The position numbers and the translations under genes were made by a program. A stretch of DNA of 64,000 bases from Acidobacteriota bacterium (GTDB taxonomy: Bacteria; Acidobacteriota; JAAYUB01): NCBI GenBank assembly GCA_018001935.1, contig JAGNHB010000003.1, forward strand, positions 120,975 through 184,974. Reading direction: 5' to 3'. The notes beneath the pieces are model-generated. The model was not told the DNA's origin. It saw only the letters and a program-made list of their open reading frames with translations, and searched no databases. Positions 19,298-27,632 of the stretch are shown here, piece by piece (the first letter of the stretch is position 1; each line of letters starts with the position of its first letter).

Positions 19298-19331
19298 GCC
19301 GAGGGGGTGCAAACCCCCTCGGCCTCTTTCG
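19298..19331 (+). terminator. Rho-independent terminator (third of four consecutive GC-rich hairpins at 19220-19375)
   Basis: GCCGAGGGGGT-GCAAA-CCCCCTCGGC followed by CTCTTTC; flanked by hairpins GACGGAG..CTCCGTC, CGCGGGACC..GGTCCCGCG, GTGCCGGG..CCCGGCAC. Confidence 0.5.
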
Positions 19332-19561
19332 ATCGGGTGCCGGGATTCGCTGAAAACCCGGCACGCCTTCGGCCCCACATCCCCCCGCTCCCCTATGCGG
19401 GCTTTGCGCCCGGTCTTCCAAGAAGTTCGAGACCCGGGATTTCGGTTGTGGTATAACACCCCCGGCCGGGTGGCCCGGGGGCGTCTCGCACCTCGGGCGG
19501 CTTCCCGTCGCCCCGCCCGGCCGGCCCTGCAACCAGGCCGGGACACCCACGGAGGTCACCC

Positions 19562-20071
19562 ATGGACGAAAAGGCACGAAGAGGCCGCTACACGCGCATA
19601 CGGGCCCAACTGGAGGAATTGCTGACGAAGACGCCGGACCCCGTCGCCCGCATGGCCACCGTGGTGGCCCTGCTCCACCACAAGATGCCCCACTTCTTCT
19701 GGACCGGTTTCTACCGCCTCCTGGACGGCGACCTGGTGGTCGGGCCCTACCAGGGGCCCCTGGCCTGTCAGGTCCTGGCCCGGGGAAAGGGGGTGTGCTG
19801 GGCGGGTGTCCAGCGCGGGGAGAGCGTGGTGGTGCCCGACGTCGAGAAGTTTCCCGGGCACATCGCCTGCGACGCCCGCTCGAAGTCCGAGATCGTGGTC
19901 CCGCTGCGGGACGCCGCCGGCCAGGTCGTGGGGGTCCTGGACGTGGACAGCGACCGCCTCGCTGCCTTCGACGCGGTGGACCGGGAAGGCCTGGAGCCCA
20001 TCGTGGCGATGATCAGCCAGGAAGCCGGTGCCGCCCCGCCCACCCGGAAGCGCCGGACACCCGCGCATTGA
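19562..20071 (+). CDS. GAF-domain protein (free methionine-R-sulfoxide reductase / YebR family)
   Basis: 169 aa; FFWTGFYRL...LVVGPYQGPLACQVLARGKGVCW...EIVVPL conserved fRMsr-type GAF pattern with the Cys trio. Confidence 0.7.
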   Translation: MDEKARRGRYTRIRAQLEELLTKTPDPVARMATVVALLHHKMPHFFWTGFYRLLDGDLVVGPYQGPLACQVLARGKGVCWAGVQRGESVVVPDVEKFPGHIACDARSKSEIVVPLRDAAGQVVGVLDVDSDRLAAFDAVDREGLEPIVAMISQEAGAAPPTRKRRTPAH

Positions 20072-20097
20072 AGTGCTTTTCGGTTGAGGCGGGCTGA

Positions 20098-20500
20098 GAA
20101 GGGACAAGGGACAAAGGACCAAAAGGACCCAAAGGACATAAAGGACGGCGGGGAGTGAAGGGGCATCGTGTTCCGGGACCCGGACGGCGTTCTCGGCACC
20201 CTTCGGGTTCCCCGCACGGGTTGAGTTCTCCTCACGGGTCAGGTTTTGTCACGGGTTGGGTTTCTCCGCAGCAGCCGGGTTCCCCGCGGCAGCCGGGTTC
20301 TCCACACCCGTTACGCTTGATGGTCTCGTAAAAAGTCGGAAAAGGAACGGGAAAAGGTCTGTAAGACGTTTGTTTGAGCCATCACCCGGAGGGTGATGGT
20401 ACTTATTGCGACCGCGTCACGCTTCGTAAGCCTCTCCCGGGCCTGCCGTCCTTTATGTCTTTTATGTCCTTTTGGTCCTTTGTCCCTTGATCCCTTGACC
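20098..20500. repeat. Large palindromic intergenic element: inverted arms of tandem degenerate octamers (AAAGGACN)n flanking a ~290-bp non-coding core
   Basis: Left arm 20098-20150 GGGACAAGGGACAAAGGACCAAAAGGACCCAAAGGACATAAAGGACGG; right arm 20440-20500 is its reverse complement at about 85% identity; core has degenerate tandem GGGTTnnnTTCTCC..CAC units and a perfect hairpin CCATCACCC-GGAG-GGGTGATGG (20381-20401). It fills the whole space between convergent genes (stops 20071 and 20506). Confidence 0.8.
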
Positions 20501-20505
20501 GGCTA

Positions 20506-21639
20506 TCAGGTCGCCTCCCCCACGACTTCCGTCTCCAGGCGGTGGAGGGGTTTCAGGCCTGCTGCCGCGGCCGCGGCGTCGGGGAAGAAGGCTTCGTCGG
20601 GCTTGTCGGACAGGCCGAAAACCAGTGCCCCCCGGGCCCGGAGCCGCCGGGCGGTCTCGATCACCTCCCGGGTCAGGACGATGCGTTCCGCGAGGAGCGC
20701 TTTCACCGATTTCCCGTCCGCAGCACCGAACCGGGCGGCGGTGCAGCGGTACTCCATGGCGCGGAACGCCGGGAAGGGGGTCGGGTTCCCGTCCCGGAGC
20801 GCCGCCCGAAAGCGCCCGTGGAGAGTCCCCAGGCCGGCCGCTTCCACGTCGCCGCGACGGTGTTCGAGGTCCTCCGTGAAGTCTTCGAGGCGCTTCAACC
20901 TCCCGTTGCGAACCGCTTCCACCAGGGTCCCGAGGTCCGCGAGACCGGCGCCCACGACGAGGCAGACGTAGGCCAGCGTGTCCTGGTTGTCGCGGGTGAA
21001 GGCGTGGAAAGCCGGGCCTTTCAGGACCGCGTAGACTTCCCGGAACCGCCCCTCGTCCCGGCAGGGTCCCCCCAGGGCCGTCACCGTTCCCCGAAGGGCT
21101 TCCAGGCGCACGGCCTCGATAACCCTGTCGTTTCGTCCCCGGGCCGCGATCGCCGTCTTGTCGATGTCCACCACCACGACCGTATCCTCCCCCAACGGGA
21201 AACCCCTTGCCTCCAGTCGATCCAGGAAAAGCGGGAGGGCCGCCCAGCGGCCGGCGGCCATTCGGTCGCCCATCCCTTCCGCCCGGGACGCTTCCCCGGG
21301 CTCGTCGCTCCCGATGAAGAGGGCCCCGCGCCACCCGCCGGCGGCTCGAAGGTTCTCAAAGGCCGTGCCGTCGTTCATGAGGGTGTCCCCGAGGTAGAGC
21401 AGGTTTCGAAGAGCCGTTCCCGGGCGGTCTGCCGCGCTGGTACGCTGCAGGATCCCGGCCACGGCCCGGCCGTAGTCCGGGTCCGACTTGCGGGGGGGAT
21501 ACCGGCCGGTAAAACCCGGTTCCCCCCGAAGCCGGGGATAGGACGGCAACCCGGGGTCGGGCGGGACCAGGTTCCGGCAGAGGATGCGGTCCCCCACCAC
21601 AGAATGCAGCGTGTCGAGTCCGAAACAGCGGTATTTCAC
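20506..21639 (-). CDS. Hypothetical protein, HAD-superfamily-like hydrolase
   Basis: 377 aa; VVVVDIDKTA (DxDxT motif I) and ALVFGLSDKPDEA (motif III-like); weak assignment. Confidence 0.4.
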   Translation of the reverse strand: MKYRCFGLDTLHSVVGDRILCRNLVPPDPGLPSYPRLRGEPGFTGRYPPRKSDPDYGRAVAGILQRTSAADRPGTALRNLLYLGDTLMNDGTAFENLRAAGGWRGALFIGSDEPGEASRAEGMGDRMAAGRWAALPLFLDRLEARGFPLGEDTVVVVDIDKTAIAARGRNDRVIEAVRLEALRGTVTALGGPCRDEGRFREVYAVLKGPAFHAFTRDNQDTLAYVCLVVGAGLADLGTLVEAVRNGRLKRLEDFTEDLEHRRGDVEAAGLGTLHGRFRAALRDGNPTPFPAFRAMEYRCTAARFGAADGKSVKALLAERIVLTREVIETARRLRARGALVFGLSDKPDEAFFPDAAAAAAGLKPLHRLETEVVGEAT

Positions 21640-22718
21640 GGTTCACCGCCCGGGCCCGGGGCCCAAGCTCCCAGCCAACCCTGGGCGGAGAGCAACTCGG
21701 CGAGGTGGACGGCCCCGCCGGCGGCCCCCCGCTGCGTGTTGTGGCTCACCAGGAAGAACTTCCAGTGCAAGAGGGCACAGGGCCGCACCCGGCCCACGTG
21801 GACCGCCATCCCGTCGAGGGCGTCCCGGTCCAGGACCGGTTGGGGTCGGTCCTCGTCGCGGTGGACGACGACGGGGCGGGAAGGGGTCCCGGGCAGGGCG
21901 GCGACCGCCTCGGGGGGCCGGAACCCCTCCAGGGCCGCCGTCACGTCCGGGAGGGACACCCGGCGCCCCAGCTCCACGGAGACGCAGGCGCAGTGGCCGT
22001 CCCGCACGGGGACGCGGTTGCACTGGGCGCTGACGACGGCCGGGGAAGGGCGGACCCGCCCCCCCTCCAGGGTGCCCAGCAGCTTGAGGGGTTCCCCCTC
22101 CACCTTCTCCTCCTCGCCGGCGATCCAGGGGATGACGTTCCCCAGGATGTCCCAGGAGGCCACGCCGGGGTAGCCCGCCCCCGAGACGGCCTGGAAGGTC
22201 ACCACGTTCACCCGGCACAGTCCGAAGGCGTCCCGGAGCGGCTTGAGCGCCAGCACCAGCCCGGCGGTGACGCAGTTGGCGTGCGCGGCGAGAAAGCCTC
22301 CCCAGCCCCGCACCCGGCGCTGTTCGCCGACGAGGGCCGTGTGGTCCGCGTTGACCTCCGGGATGACAAGGGGGACGTCCTCGTCCATCCGGTGGGCCGA
22401 CGCGTTGGAGCAGACAGCGTGACCGGCCCGGGCGTAGCGCTCCTCCAGGGGGCCCGCCACGTCCCCCGGAAGCGCGGAAAAGAGCAGCGGGACATCGGTC
22501 TCTTCCCCCGCCGCCCGCAACGGGAGGTGACGGACCCGGTCCGGCAGAGGGGACGGCAGGCGCCAGCGGCAGGCCTCGCCGTACGTCCGGCCGGCGGAAC
22601 GCCCCGAGGAAGCCAGCCAGGCGGGCTCGAACCAGGGGTGGTCCGCCAGGCGTTCGACGAAACGCTGCCCCACCATGCCGGTGGCGCCCAGGATGCCCAC
22701 GGGGAGCTTATCGGCCAT
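21636..22718 (-). CDS. asd: Aspartate-semialdehyde dehydrogenase
   Basis: 360 aa; N-terminus VGILGATGMVGQRFVERL (NAD(P) binding) and active-site region CSNASAHRM...; overlaps lysC stop. Confidence 0.9.
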   Translation of the reverse strand: MADKLPVGILGATGMVGQRFVERLADHPWFEPAWLASSGRSAGRTYGEACRWRLPSPLPDRVRHLPLRAAGEETDVPLLFSALPGDVAGPLEERYARAGHAVCSNASAHRMDEDVPLVIPEVNADHTALVGEQRRVRGWGGFLAAHANCVTAGLVLALKPLRDAFGLCRVNVVTFQAVSGAGYPGVASWDILGNVIPWIAGEEEKVEGEPLKLLGTLEGGRVRPSPAVVSAQCNRVPVRDGHCACVSVELGRRVSLPDVTAALEGFRPPEAVAALPGTPSRPVVVHRDEDRPQPVLDRDALDGMAVHVGRVRPCALLHWKFFLVSHNTQRGAAGGAVHLAELLSAQGWLGAWAPGPGGEP

Positions 22719-24114
22719 GGCCGTTCCCCCCCAGGCCCAGTTCGGCGTGGAGGAAGCGCACCATGTCCTCCATGCGGTCCTCCGGGATGCAGAACGACAC
22801 CGCCTCCTGGGCCGAGGCCTGGGTGACGGCGATCACCCGGATCCCGTGGCGACCCACCGCCTCGAGGGCCCGCCCCACCAAGCCGGCATCCTCCGGGTCC
22901 GCCATCCCCACGACGGAGACGGTGGCCACCTCCTCCTCCACGTCGACCCCGCCGGCGTGAGCGCGCCCCAGCGCCTTGAGGCAGTGGGCCTGGTCGGGCT
23001 GCCGCACCACCAGGGTCAGGCTGCGCTCGGAGAAGGAGCGGGAGAACATCGCGACATCGATTCCGGCGTCGCCGAGTCGTTGCAGGGCCTCGGCGGCCCA
23101 GCGCAGCGACCAGGCGTCGTCGTCGCAACCCAGGGCGACCCGGCTGAAGCCCCTCGCGGAGAGGATGGCCGGGTGCCGGCGGCGGTCGGTGCGGGGGACT
23201 GGCACGATCCGGGTCCCCGCGTGTTCCGGGTGAAAGGTGTTGAGGAGGCGGAGCGGGATGGCGGAGGCGACGATGGGGCCGATGGTCTTGGGGTGGAGCA
23301 CCTCCGCTCCGAATCGGGCCAGGCTGGCCGCCTCCCCGTAGGACAGCTCCTCCAGGGTCCGGGCCTCGGGCACGAGGTTGGGGTCGGCGGTGAGGATGCC
23401 GTTCACGTCGCTCCAGATCCACACCTCGTCCGCCCCGAGCCCGGCGCCGATCAGGGCGGCCGAGTAGTCGCTCCCGCCCCGGCCGAGGGTGGTGGTGACG
23501 CCCGCGGGGGTGGCGCCGATGAAGCCGGTGATGACGGGGACGACCCCCTGCTCCACCGCCGGGAGGACCTGCTCCCGAAGGCGTGACCGGGTGGGTTCCG
23601 GGAGCGGGGAGGCCCCGCCGAAGTGGTCGTCGGTCACCACGAGGCCGGTGGCGCTGAAGGCCCGGGCGCGCAGTCCCCGCGCGCGGAGGACCGCCGCCAG
23701 CAGGTGCGAGGACAGCTGTTCCCCGAAGGCGGACACGGCGTCGCAGCCCCGGCGGGTCATCTCCCCCAGGACGGCGATGGAACGGTACAGGCGCTCCAGT
23801 TCGTGCAGGCGATCCTCGACGAACCCCGACGCTTCCAGGCGCTCGGGGCCCTCCAGCAGGTCCCGGGCCGTCTCCAGGTGGCGGCGAAGCAATTCGGCCT
23901 TCACGGCCTGGAACACGTCCATCTCGCCCTCGGCGGCGGCCCGGGCCCCCGCGATGAGCCGGCTGGTCACCCCGCTCATGGCGGAGACCACCACCACCGT
24001 CCCGGTGCGCCCCTCCTCCGGCGCCCTCCCGGCGAGTTCAACGACGATGTCGGCCACCCGGGCAAAGGCCCCGGCGCTGCCGACGGACGTTCCTCCGAAC
24101 TTGTGCACGATCAT
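22708..24114 (-). CDS. lysC: Aspartate kinase (with C-terminal ACT domains)
   Basis: In ORF 22708..24180; true start ATG 24114 (MIVHKFGGTSVGSA, GGGAGG SD 5 nt upstream); the 22 upstream codons of the listed ORF are non-genic. Confidence 0.9.
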   Translation of the reverse strand: MIVHKFGGTSVGSAGAFARVADIVVELAGRAPEEGRTGTVVVVSAMSGVTSRLIAGARAAAEGEMDVFQAVKAELLRRHLETARDLLEGPERLEASGFVEDRLHELERLYRSIAVLGEMTRRGCDAVSAFGEQLSSHLLAAVLRARGLRARAFSATGLVVTDDHFGGASPLPEPTRSRLREQVLPAVEQGVVPVITGFIGATPAGVTTTLGRGGSDYSAALIGAGLGADEVWIWSDVNGILTADPNLVPEARTLEELSYGEAASLARFGAEVLHPKTIGPIVASAIPLRLLNTFHPEHAGTRIVPVPRTDRRRHPAILSARGFSRVALGCDDDAWSLRWAAEALQRLGDAGIDVAMFSRSFSERSLTLVVRQPDQAHCLKALGRAHAGGVDVEEEVATVSVVGMADPEDAGLVGRALEAVGRHGIRVIAVTQASAQEAVSFCIPEDRMEDMVRFLHAELGLGGNGHGR

Positions 24115-24136
24115 GGGTTCCTCCCGTATCTCGTTG

Positions 24137-25318
24137 TCAGAACACGGCCAGGGCCTGTTCCAGGTCGGCCAGGATGTCATCGGCGTCCTCGATCCCCATC
24201 GCGTAGCGCACCAGGTTGTCCGCCATCCCGGCTTCCTCCCGCTTCCGGGGGTCCGTGGAGACGAAGAGGGCCGGCTGCTGGACGATGCTCTCGACCCCGC
24301 CCAGGGTGGGACCGATGAAGGGCAGGCGCAAGCGGTCGACCAGGCGGCTCGCCGCGTCCAGGCCCCCGCGGACCTCGAAGCTGACCACCCCGCCGAAGCC
24401 GGACATCAACCGGCAGGCGGTCCCGTGGTCGGGGTGGGACGGCAGACCGGGGTAGTGAACCCGCTCCACGGCCGGGCACGCCTCGAGGAAGCGGGCGACC
24501 CGCAGTGCGGTCTCGTTCTGCCGGCGGACGCGGAGATCGAGGGTTTTCAGGCCCCGCAGCAGCAGCCCGGCGTCGCGGGCCCCGGCGCAGGGGCCCAGGG
24601 TCCCCCGCAGCTCCTCCACCGGCAAGAGGCGTTCGCGGCGCCCGATCGCCAGCCCGGCCACCAGGTCATTGTGGCCCCCGAGGTACTTGGTGGCGCTGTG
24701 CACCACCACGTCGAAACCGTGTTCGAGCGGGCGGAGGTTGACGGGGGTCGCGAAGGTGGCGTCCACCACGCTCGGGAGCCCGTGACGGCGAGCGATGTCC
24801 GAGAGGCGGTCCAGGTCCGGTACCCGGAGGTAGGGGTTGGAGGGGCACTCGGTGAAGAGCAGGCGGGTCTCGGGCCGGATGGCGGTTTCGAGGGCCGCCG
24901 GCTCGTCCGGGGGGGCGAGGGTCGCCTCGATCCCGTACCGCGGCAGGACGAGACGGAAAAAGTCCGCCGTGCGGCGGTAGACCCCCCGCGTGGCCACCAG
25001 GTGGTCTCCGGCCCGGAGGTGGGCCAGGAGGGTGGTGGTGAGGGCCGCCATCCCGCTGCCGAAGAGCAGGGCGGCCTCCCCCCCCTCCAGGGCCGCCGCC
25101 TTGTGCTCCACCGCGGCCTGGGTGGGGTGCCCGTAGCGGGCGTACTCGAAGCGGGAGGGACTGCCCCCGCCCTCCTTTTCCCGGACGAAGTCCCGGACCT
25201 CGGCGGAGTCGCGGAAGACGAAGGTGGAGGAGGGGACGACGGGCACGGTGAGGGCCCCGCAGGGTTTCCAGTGGTCCTCGCCGCCCCGGACGGACACGGT
25301 GGAAAGGCGCTCAGGCAT
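24137..25318 (-). CDS. Cys/Met-metabolism PLP-dependent enzyme (cystathionine gamma-synthase / O-succinylhomoserine sulfhydrylase family)
   Basis: 393 aa; VVHSATKYLGGHNDLVAG (PLP-lysine region), C-terminal ...YAMGIEDADDILADLEQAL; first gene of a metB-lysC-asd co-directional operon (intergenic gaps 22 nt and overlap). Confidence 0.85.
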   Translation of the reverse strand: MPERLSTVSVRGGEDHWKPCGALTVPVVPSSTFVFRDSAEVRDFVREKEGGGSPSRFEYARYGHPTQAAVEHKAAALEGGEAALLFGSGMAALTTTLLAHLRAGDHLVATRGVYRRTADFFRLVLPRYGIEATLAPPDEPAALETAIRPETRLLFTECPSNPYLRVPDLDRLSDIARRHGLPSVVDATFATPVNLRPLEHGFDVVVHSATKYLGGHNDLVAGLAIGRRERLLPVEELRGTLGPCAGARDAGLLLRGLKTLDLRVRRQNETALRVARFLEACPAVERVHYPGLPSHPDHGTACRLMSGFGGVVSFEVRGGLDAASRLVDRLRLPFIGPTLGGVESIVQQPALFVSTDPRKREEAGMADNLVRYAMGIEDADDILADLEQALAVF

Positions 25319-25443
25319 GGCCCACCCCCGTGCAAGTCGTGTGAATCCGCGGCCCCCGGAGGGCGCACGAATCCGTCTGCCGGGCCGCCAGGCGCCGGCC
25401 GGTCGGGGCTCGTCGATGCGTTGTCATGGGAACTCTCTTCGCG

Positions 25444-25489
25444 CAGAAACGAAAAACCCGCCACACAAGCTTGGATGGGCGGGTTCACC
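25444..25489 (-). terminator. Rho-independent terminator on minus strand (after OmpA-like gene, before met operon)
   Basis: Minus strand reads GAACCCGCCCATCCAAGCTTGTGTGGCGGGTTTTTCGTTTCT: stem CCCGCCA/TGGCGGG followed by a T-tract. Confidence 0.7.
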
Positions 25490-25658
25490 GGGCCCACGCT
25501 TTAGCAAAATTTCTAAGGCGCCTGCAAGCTGTGTGTCAAATCGGCGCCGACGCGACTATCGCAGAGAAGAAGGGGAATGTCAAGCCCTGAATCGGGGGCC
25601 CGACCGGCGCGGTGCAAGGGCGTCGCGGTACGAGGGCGGCGCGGAGGCTGCCGGAGCC

Positions 25659-26585
25659 TCACTTCTTCTTGTCTTTGCCGCTCTTGCCTTTGCCCTTGCC
25701 CTTGCCTTTCCCGGAGGATTCGTCCGGCGGGGCGGGTTCGTCGGATTCGGCCACCGGGCCGCCGCCGCCGGGGACCTTGATCACCTTGATCTCCACGGAG
25801 CGGGACAGGGCCCGGGAGGTGGTGGCCTTCATGGCCTGCGAGCCGATGGTTTCCTGTTCGCCCAGCGACGCGATCTCCACGTCGGTTTCCATCGCCCCCG
25901 CGGCGCGGAGTTCCTCCAGGACGGCCTTGCAGCGCCGCTCCCCGAGATCGAGGTTGTAGCTCCGGCTGCCCACCCCGTCGGTGTGGCCGAAGAGGCGCAA
26001 CTTGTAGCTGTGGTTGTGGGAGAGCATGCGGCCGAACCGCGCCAGGAGTTCCCGGAACTCGGGCCGGATCTCCGCCTTGTCGAAGTCGAAGAACACCGTG
26101 GTCTGGATCTTGGTGTCGGCGTCCTTCTCGAGGTCGGAGTCGATGGCCCGCCGGTCCCGCCCCTCCTGCCGGATGCGGATCTCGGCGCGGCGGCGGAGGG
26201 CCTTGTCCGTTTCCGCCTTGTCCTTGCCGAAGCTCTCCTCGTCGCCGACCCCGCGGATCTCGATCTGGTCCGCGCCAACCCCGCTGCCCACCATGAAGTT
26301 GAGCACGGCCTCGGCGCGGCGGCGGGCCAGGGCCTCGTCCTTTTTGTCTTCCTCGGTGGGGTCGGTGTAGGCGACCACCCGGATCCGGTAGGTGGGGTCG
26401 TCCCTGGTGAGGCGGGCCAGCATCCCGAGCACCTTCACGTCGTCGGCGGTGACGGACGAGGCGTGCTTGTCGAAAAAGGCCGTGTAGACGATGAGGGCGT
26501 GGCTCTCCTGGGCGAGCGCGGCAGGTGGGAGCACGACGGCAAGGGCGACGAGTGCGCACAGGGTAAGGGCGTGGCGTCGAATCAT
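25659..26585 (-). CDS. OmpA-family protein with two OmpA_C-like domains and a C-terminal Gly/Lys-rich tail
   Basis: In ORF 25659..26687; start ATG 26585 (AGGAGGAG SD); signal peptide MIRRHALTLCALVALAVVLPPAALAQ; domains ...VVAYTDPTEEDKKDEALARRRAEAV... and ...LFGHTDGVGSRSYNLDLGERRCKAV...; tail GKGKGKGKGKSGKDKKK. Confidence 0.8.
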   Translation of the reverse strand: MIRRHALTLCALVALAVVLPPAALAQESHALIVYTAFFDKHASSVTADDVKVLGMLARLTRDDPTYRIRVVAYTDPTEEDKKDEALARRRAEAVLNFMVGSGVGADQIEIRGVGDEESFGKDKAETDKALRRRAEIRIRQEGRDRRAIDSDLEKDADTKIQTTVFFDFDKAEIRPEFRELLARFGRMLSHNHSYKLRLFGHTDGVGSRSYNLDLGERRCKAVLEELRAAGAMETDVEIASLGEQETIGSQAMKATTSRALSRSVEIKVIKVPGGGGPVAESDEPAPPDESSGKGKGKGKGKSGKDKKK

Positions 26586-26732
26586 GGGATGGCTCCTCCT
26601 TTTCACGGGGGTCACGGGCAAGGTCCCGGTGAGGGTTCTCTGCCGGTTGCTGGGAGGGAGACTATGCCGGAGGGGCCTGAAAGTCAAGAGACAAGCGGGC
26701 GGGGCTGCCTTCGGAAAAGTGGGTGTCCAGGT

Positions 26733-27182
26733 TCAGGGCGCCGGCATCCGCCGGAACCCGCAGACTTTGGGTTTCCAGTAATCGTTGAAGGGGGAGAGGA
26801 TCGTCCCGTGGGACGTGGCCGCGTGGTAGAAGCCGCCGGCATCCCGCACGATCCCGCAGTGGCCAAGGTCGTCGAAGAAGACGACGGTCCCGAAGTCGTA
26901 CCGCCCGCTCTCGGGCGTTTCCGGAAGACAGATGAACAATTTCCGGGCGGAGGTCCGCTTGATGAGGATCCCGGCATCCGTCATGACCCGCCAGACGAAC
27001 CCGGAACAGTCGAAGCTCTTCGTGCCGACGGCGCCCCGCACGTAGGGCCTGCCCAGGTGGGCGGCGATGGAGGCCCGGACCTTCGCGGGGTCCGGTTTCC
27101 CCGGGGCGGCGGCCGCCGGGGGAGGCTCCTTCGCCGACAGGCAGGCCAGGGCAAGGAGAAGCAGCGGAAGGGCTCGTCTCAC
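26733..27182 (-). CDS. NlpC/P60 family peptidoglycan endopeptidase lipoprotein
   Basis: 149 aa; lipobox LALAC; catalytic FDCSGFVWRV ... GHCGIV (Cys/His of the papain-like NlpC/P60 fold). Confidence 0.8.
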   Translation of the reverse strand: MRRALPLLLLALACLSAKEPPPAAAAPGKPDPAKVRASIAAHLGRPYVRGAVGTKSFDCSGFVWRVMTDAGILIKRTSARKLFICLPETPESGRYDFGTVVFFDDLGHCGIVRDAGGFYHAATSHGTILSPFNDYWKPKVCGFRRMPAP

Positions 27183-27385
27183 TTGACGGCGCTCCCCACC
27201 AGGAGACCGATCCCGACGAAGAGGCCCGCCAGGAAGATGGCCACCGACAGGTTGTTCTCCTTCAGTTGGTCGGAAAAATTCACCCCCGGTGTGAGCCAGT
27301 CGAAGATCTTGTAGGCCGCCACGAAGCCCACCAAACCCACCCCCAGGGAAATCAGGATCGAAATCAGGTAATTCACGAGATTCAC
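27179..27385 (-). CDS. DUF350-like small membrane protein
   Basis: 68 aa, two TM helices; overlaps the NlpC/P60 start by 4 nt (coupled). Confidence 0.55.
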   Translation of the reverse strand: MNLVNYLISILISLGVGLVGFVAAYKIFDWLTPGVNFSDQLKENNLSVAIFLAGLFVGIGLLVGSAVK

Positions 27386-27562
27386 GGCATGCTCCTTTTC
27401 AAAGGCCTCCGGACCCCGGGCAGGACCTCCCCGGGGGAACGCCGGTGGACCACGTTACCGCATCCGGCGGGAGGGTTCAATGGAGAATTGGGTGGGTCTC
27501 CCCGGCTGAAAGCCGGACGTTACAATGGGAATTGCCCAACCGAGCCGGTGCAGAGCGCATGG

Positions 27563-27600
27563 ATCCACGGTTGTCCGTGTCGATCCGTGTTCATCCGTGG
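27563..27600. repeat. Tandem decamer repeat arm (ACACGGATSR)n with CCACGG/CCGTGG ends
   Basis: CCACGGTTGTCCGTGTCGATCCGTGTTCATCCGTGG; its reverse complement matches CCACGGATGGACACGGATGGACACGGATG at 43024-43050. Confidence 0.6.
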
Positions 27601-27632
27601 TTCTCTTCCGGTTGACCCGAGTTCGGGCCCCA

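Noticed and set aside
20159-20338. ~59-codon GTG-initiated ORF inside the palindromic element core (VKGHRVPGPGRRSRHPSGSPHGLSSPHGSGFVTGW...)
   Set aside because: Pure Pro/Gly/Ser low complexity generated by the tandem GGGTT repeats, with no SD; treated as non-coding.
20098-20500. Possibility that the tandem octamer arrays are CRISPR arrays
   Set aside because: Units are 8-9 bp and directly adjacent with no 25-40-bp spacers, arrays are only ~50 bp, and they occur as inverted pairs; no cas genes are present.
25319-25445. SAM-I/SAM-II or lysine riboswitch upstream of metB-lysC-asd
   Set aside because: No match to the conserved cores (e.g. the GAGGGA...GCCC...GCAACC elements of SAM-I) on manual inspection; left as an open check rather than a feature.
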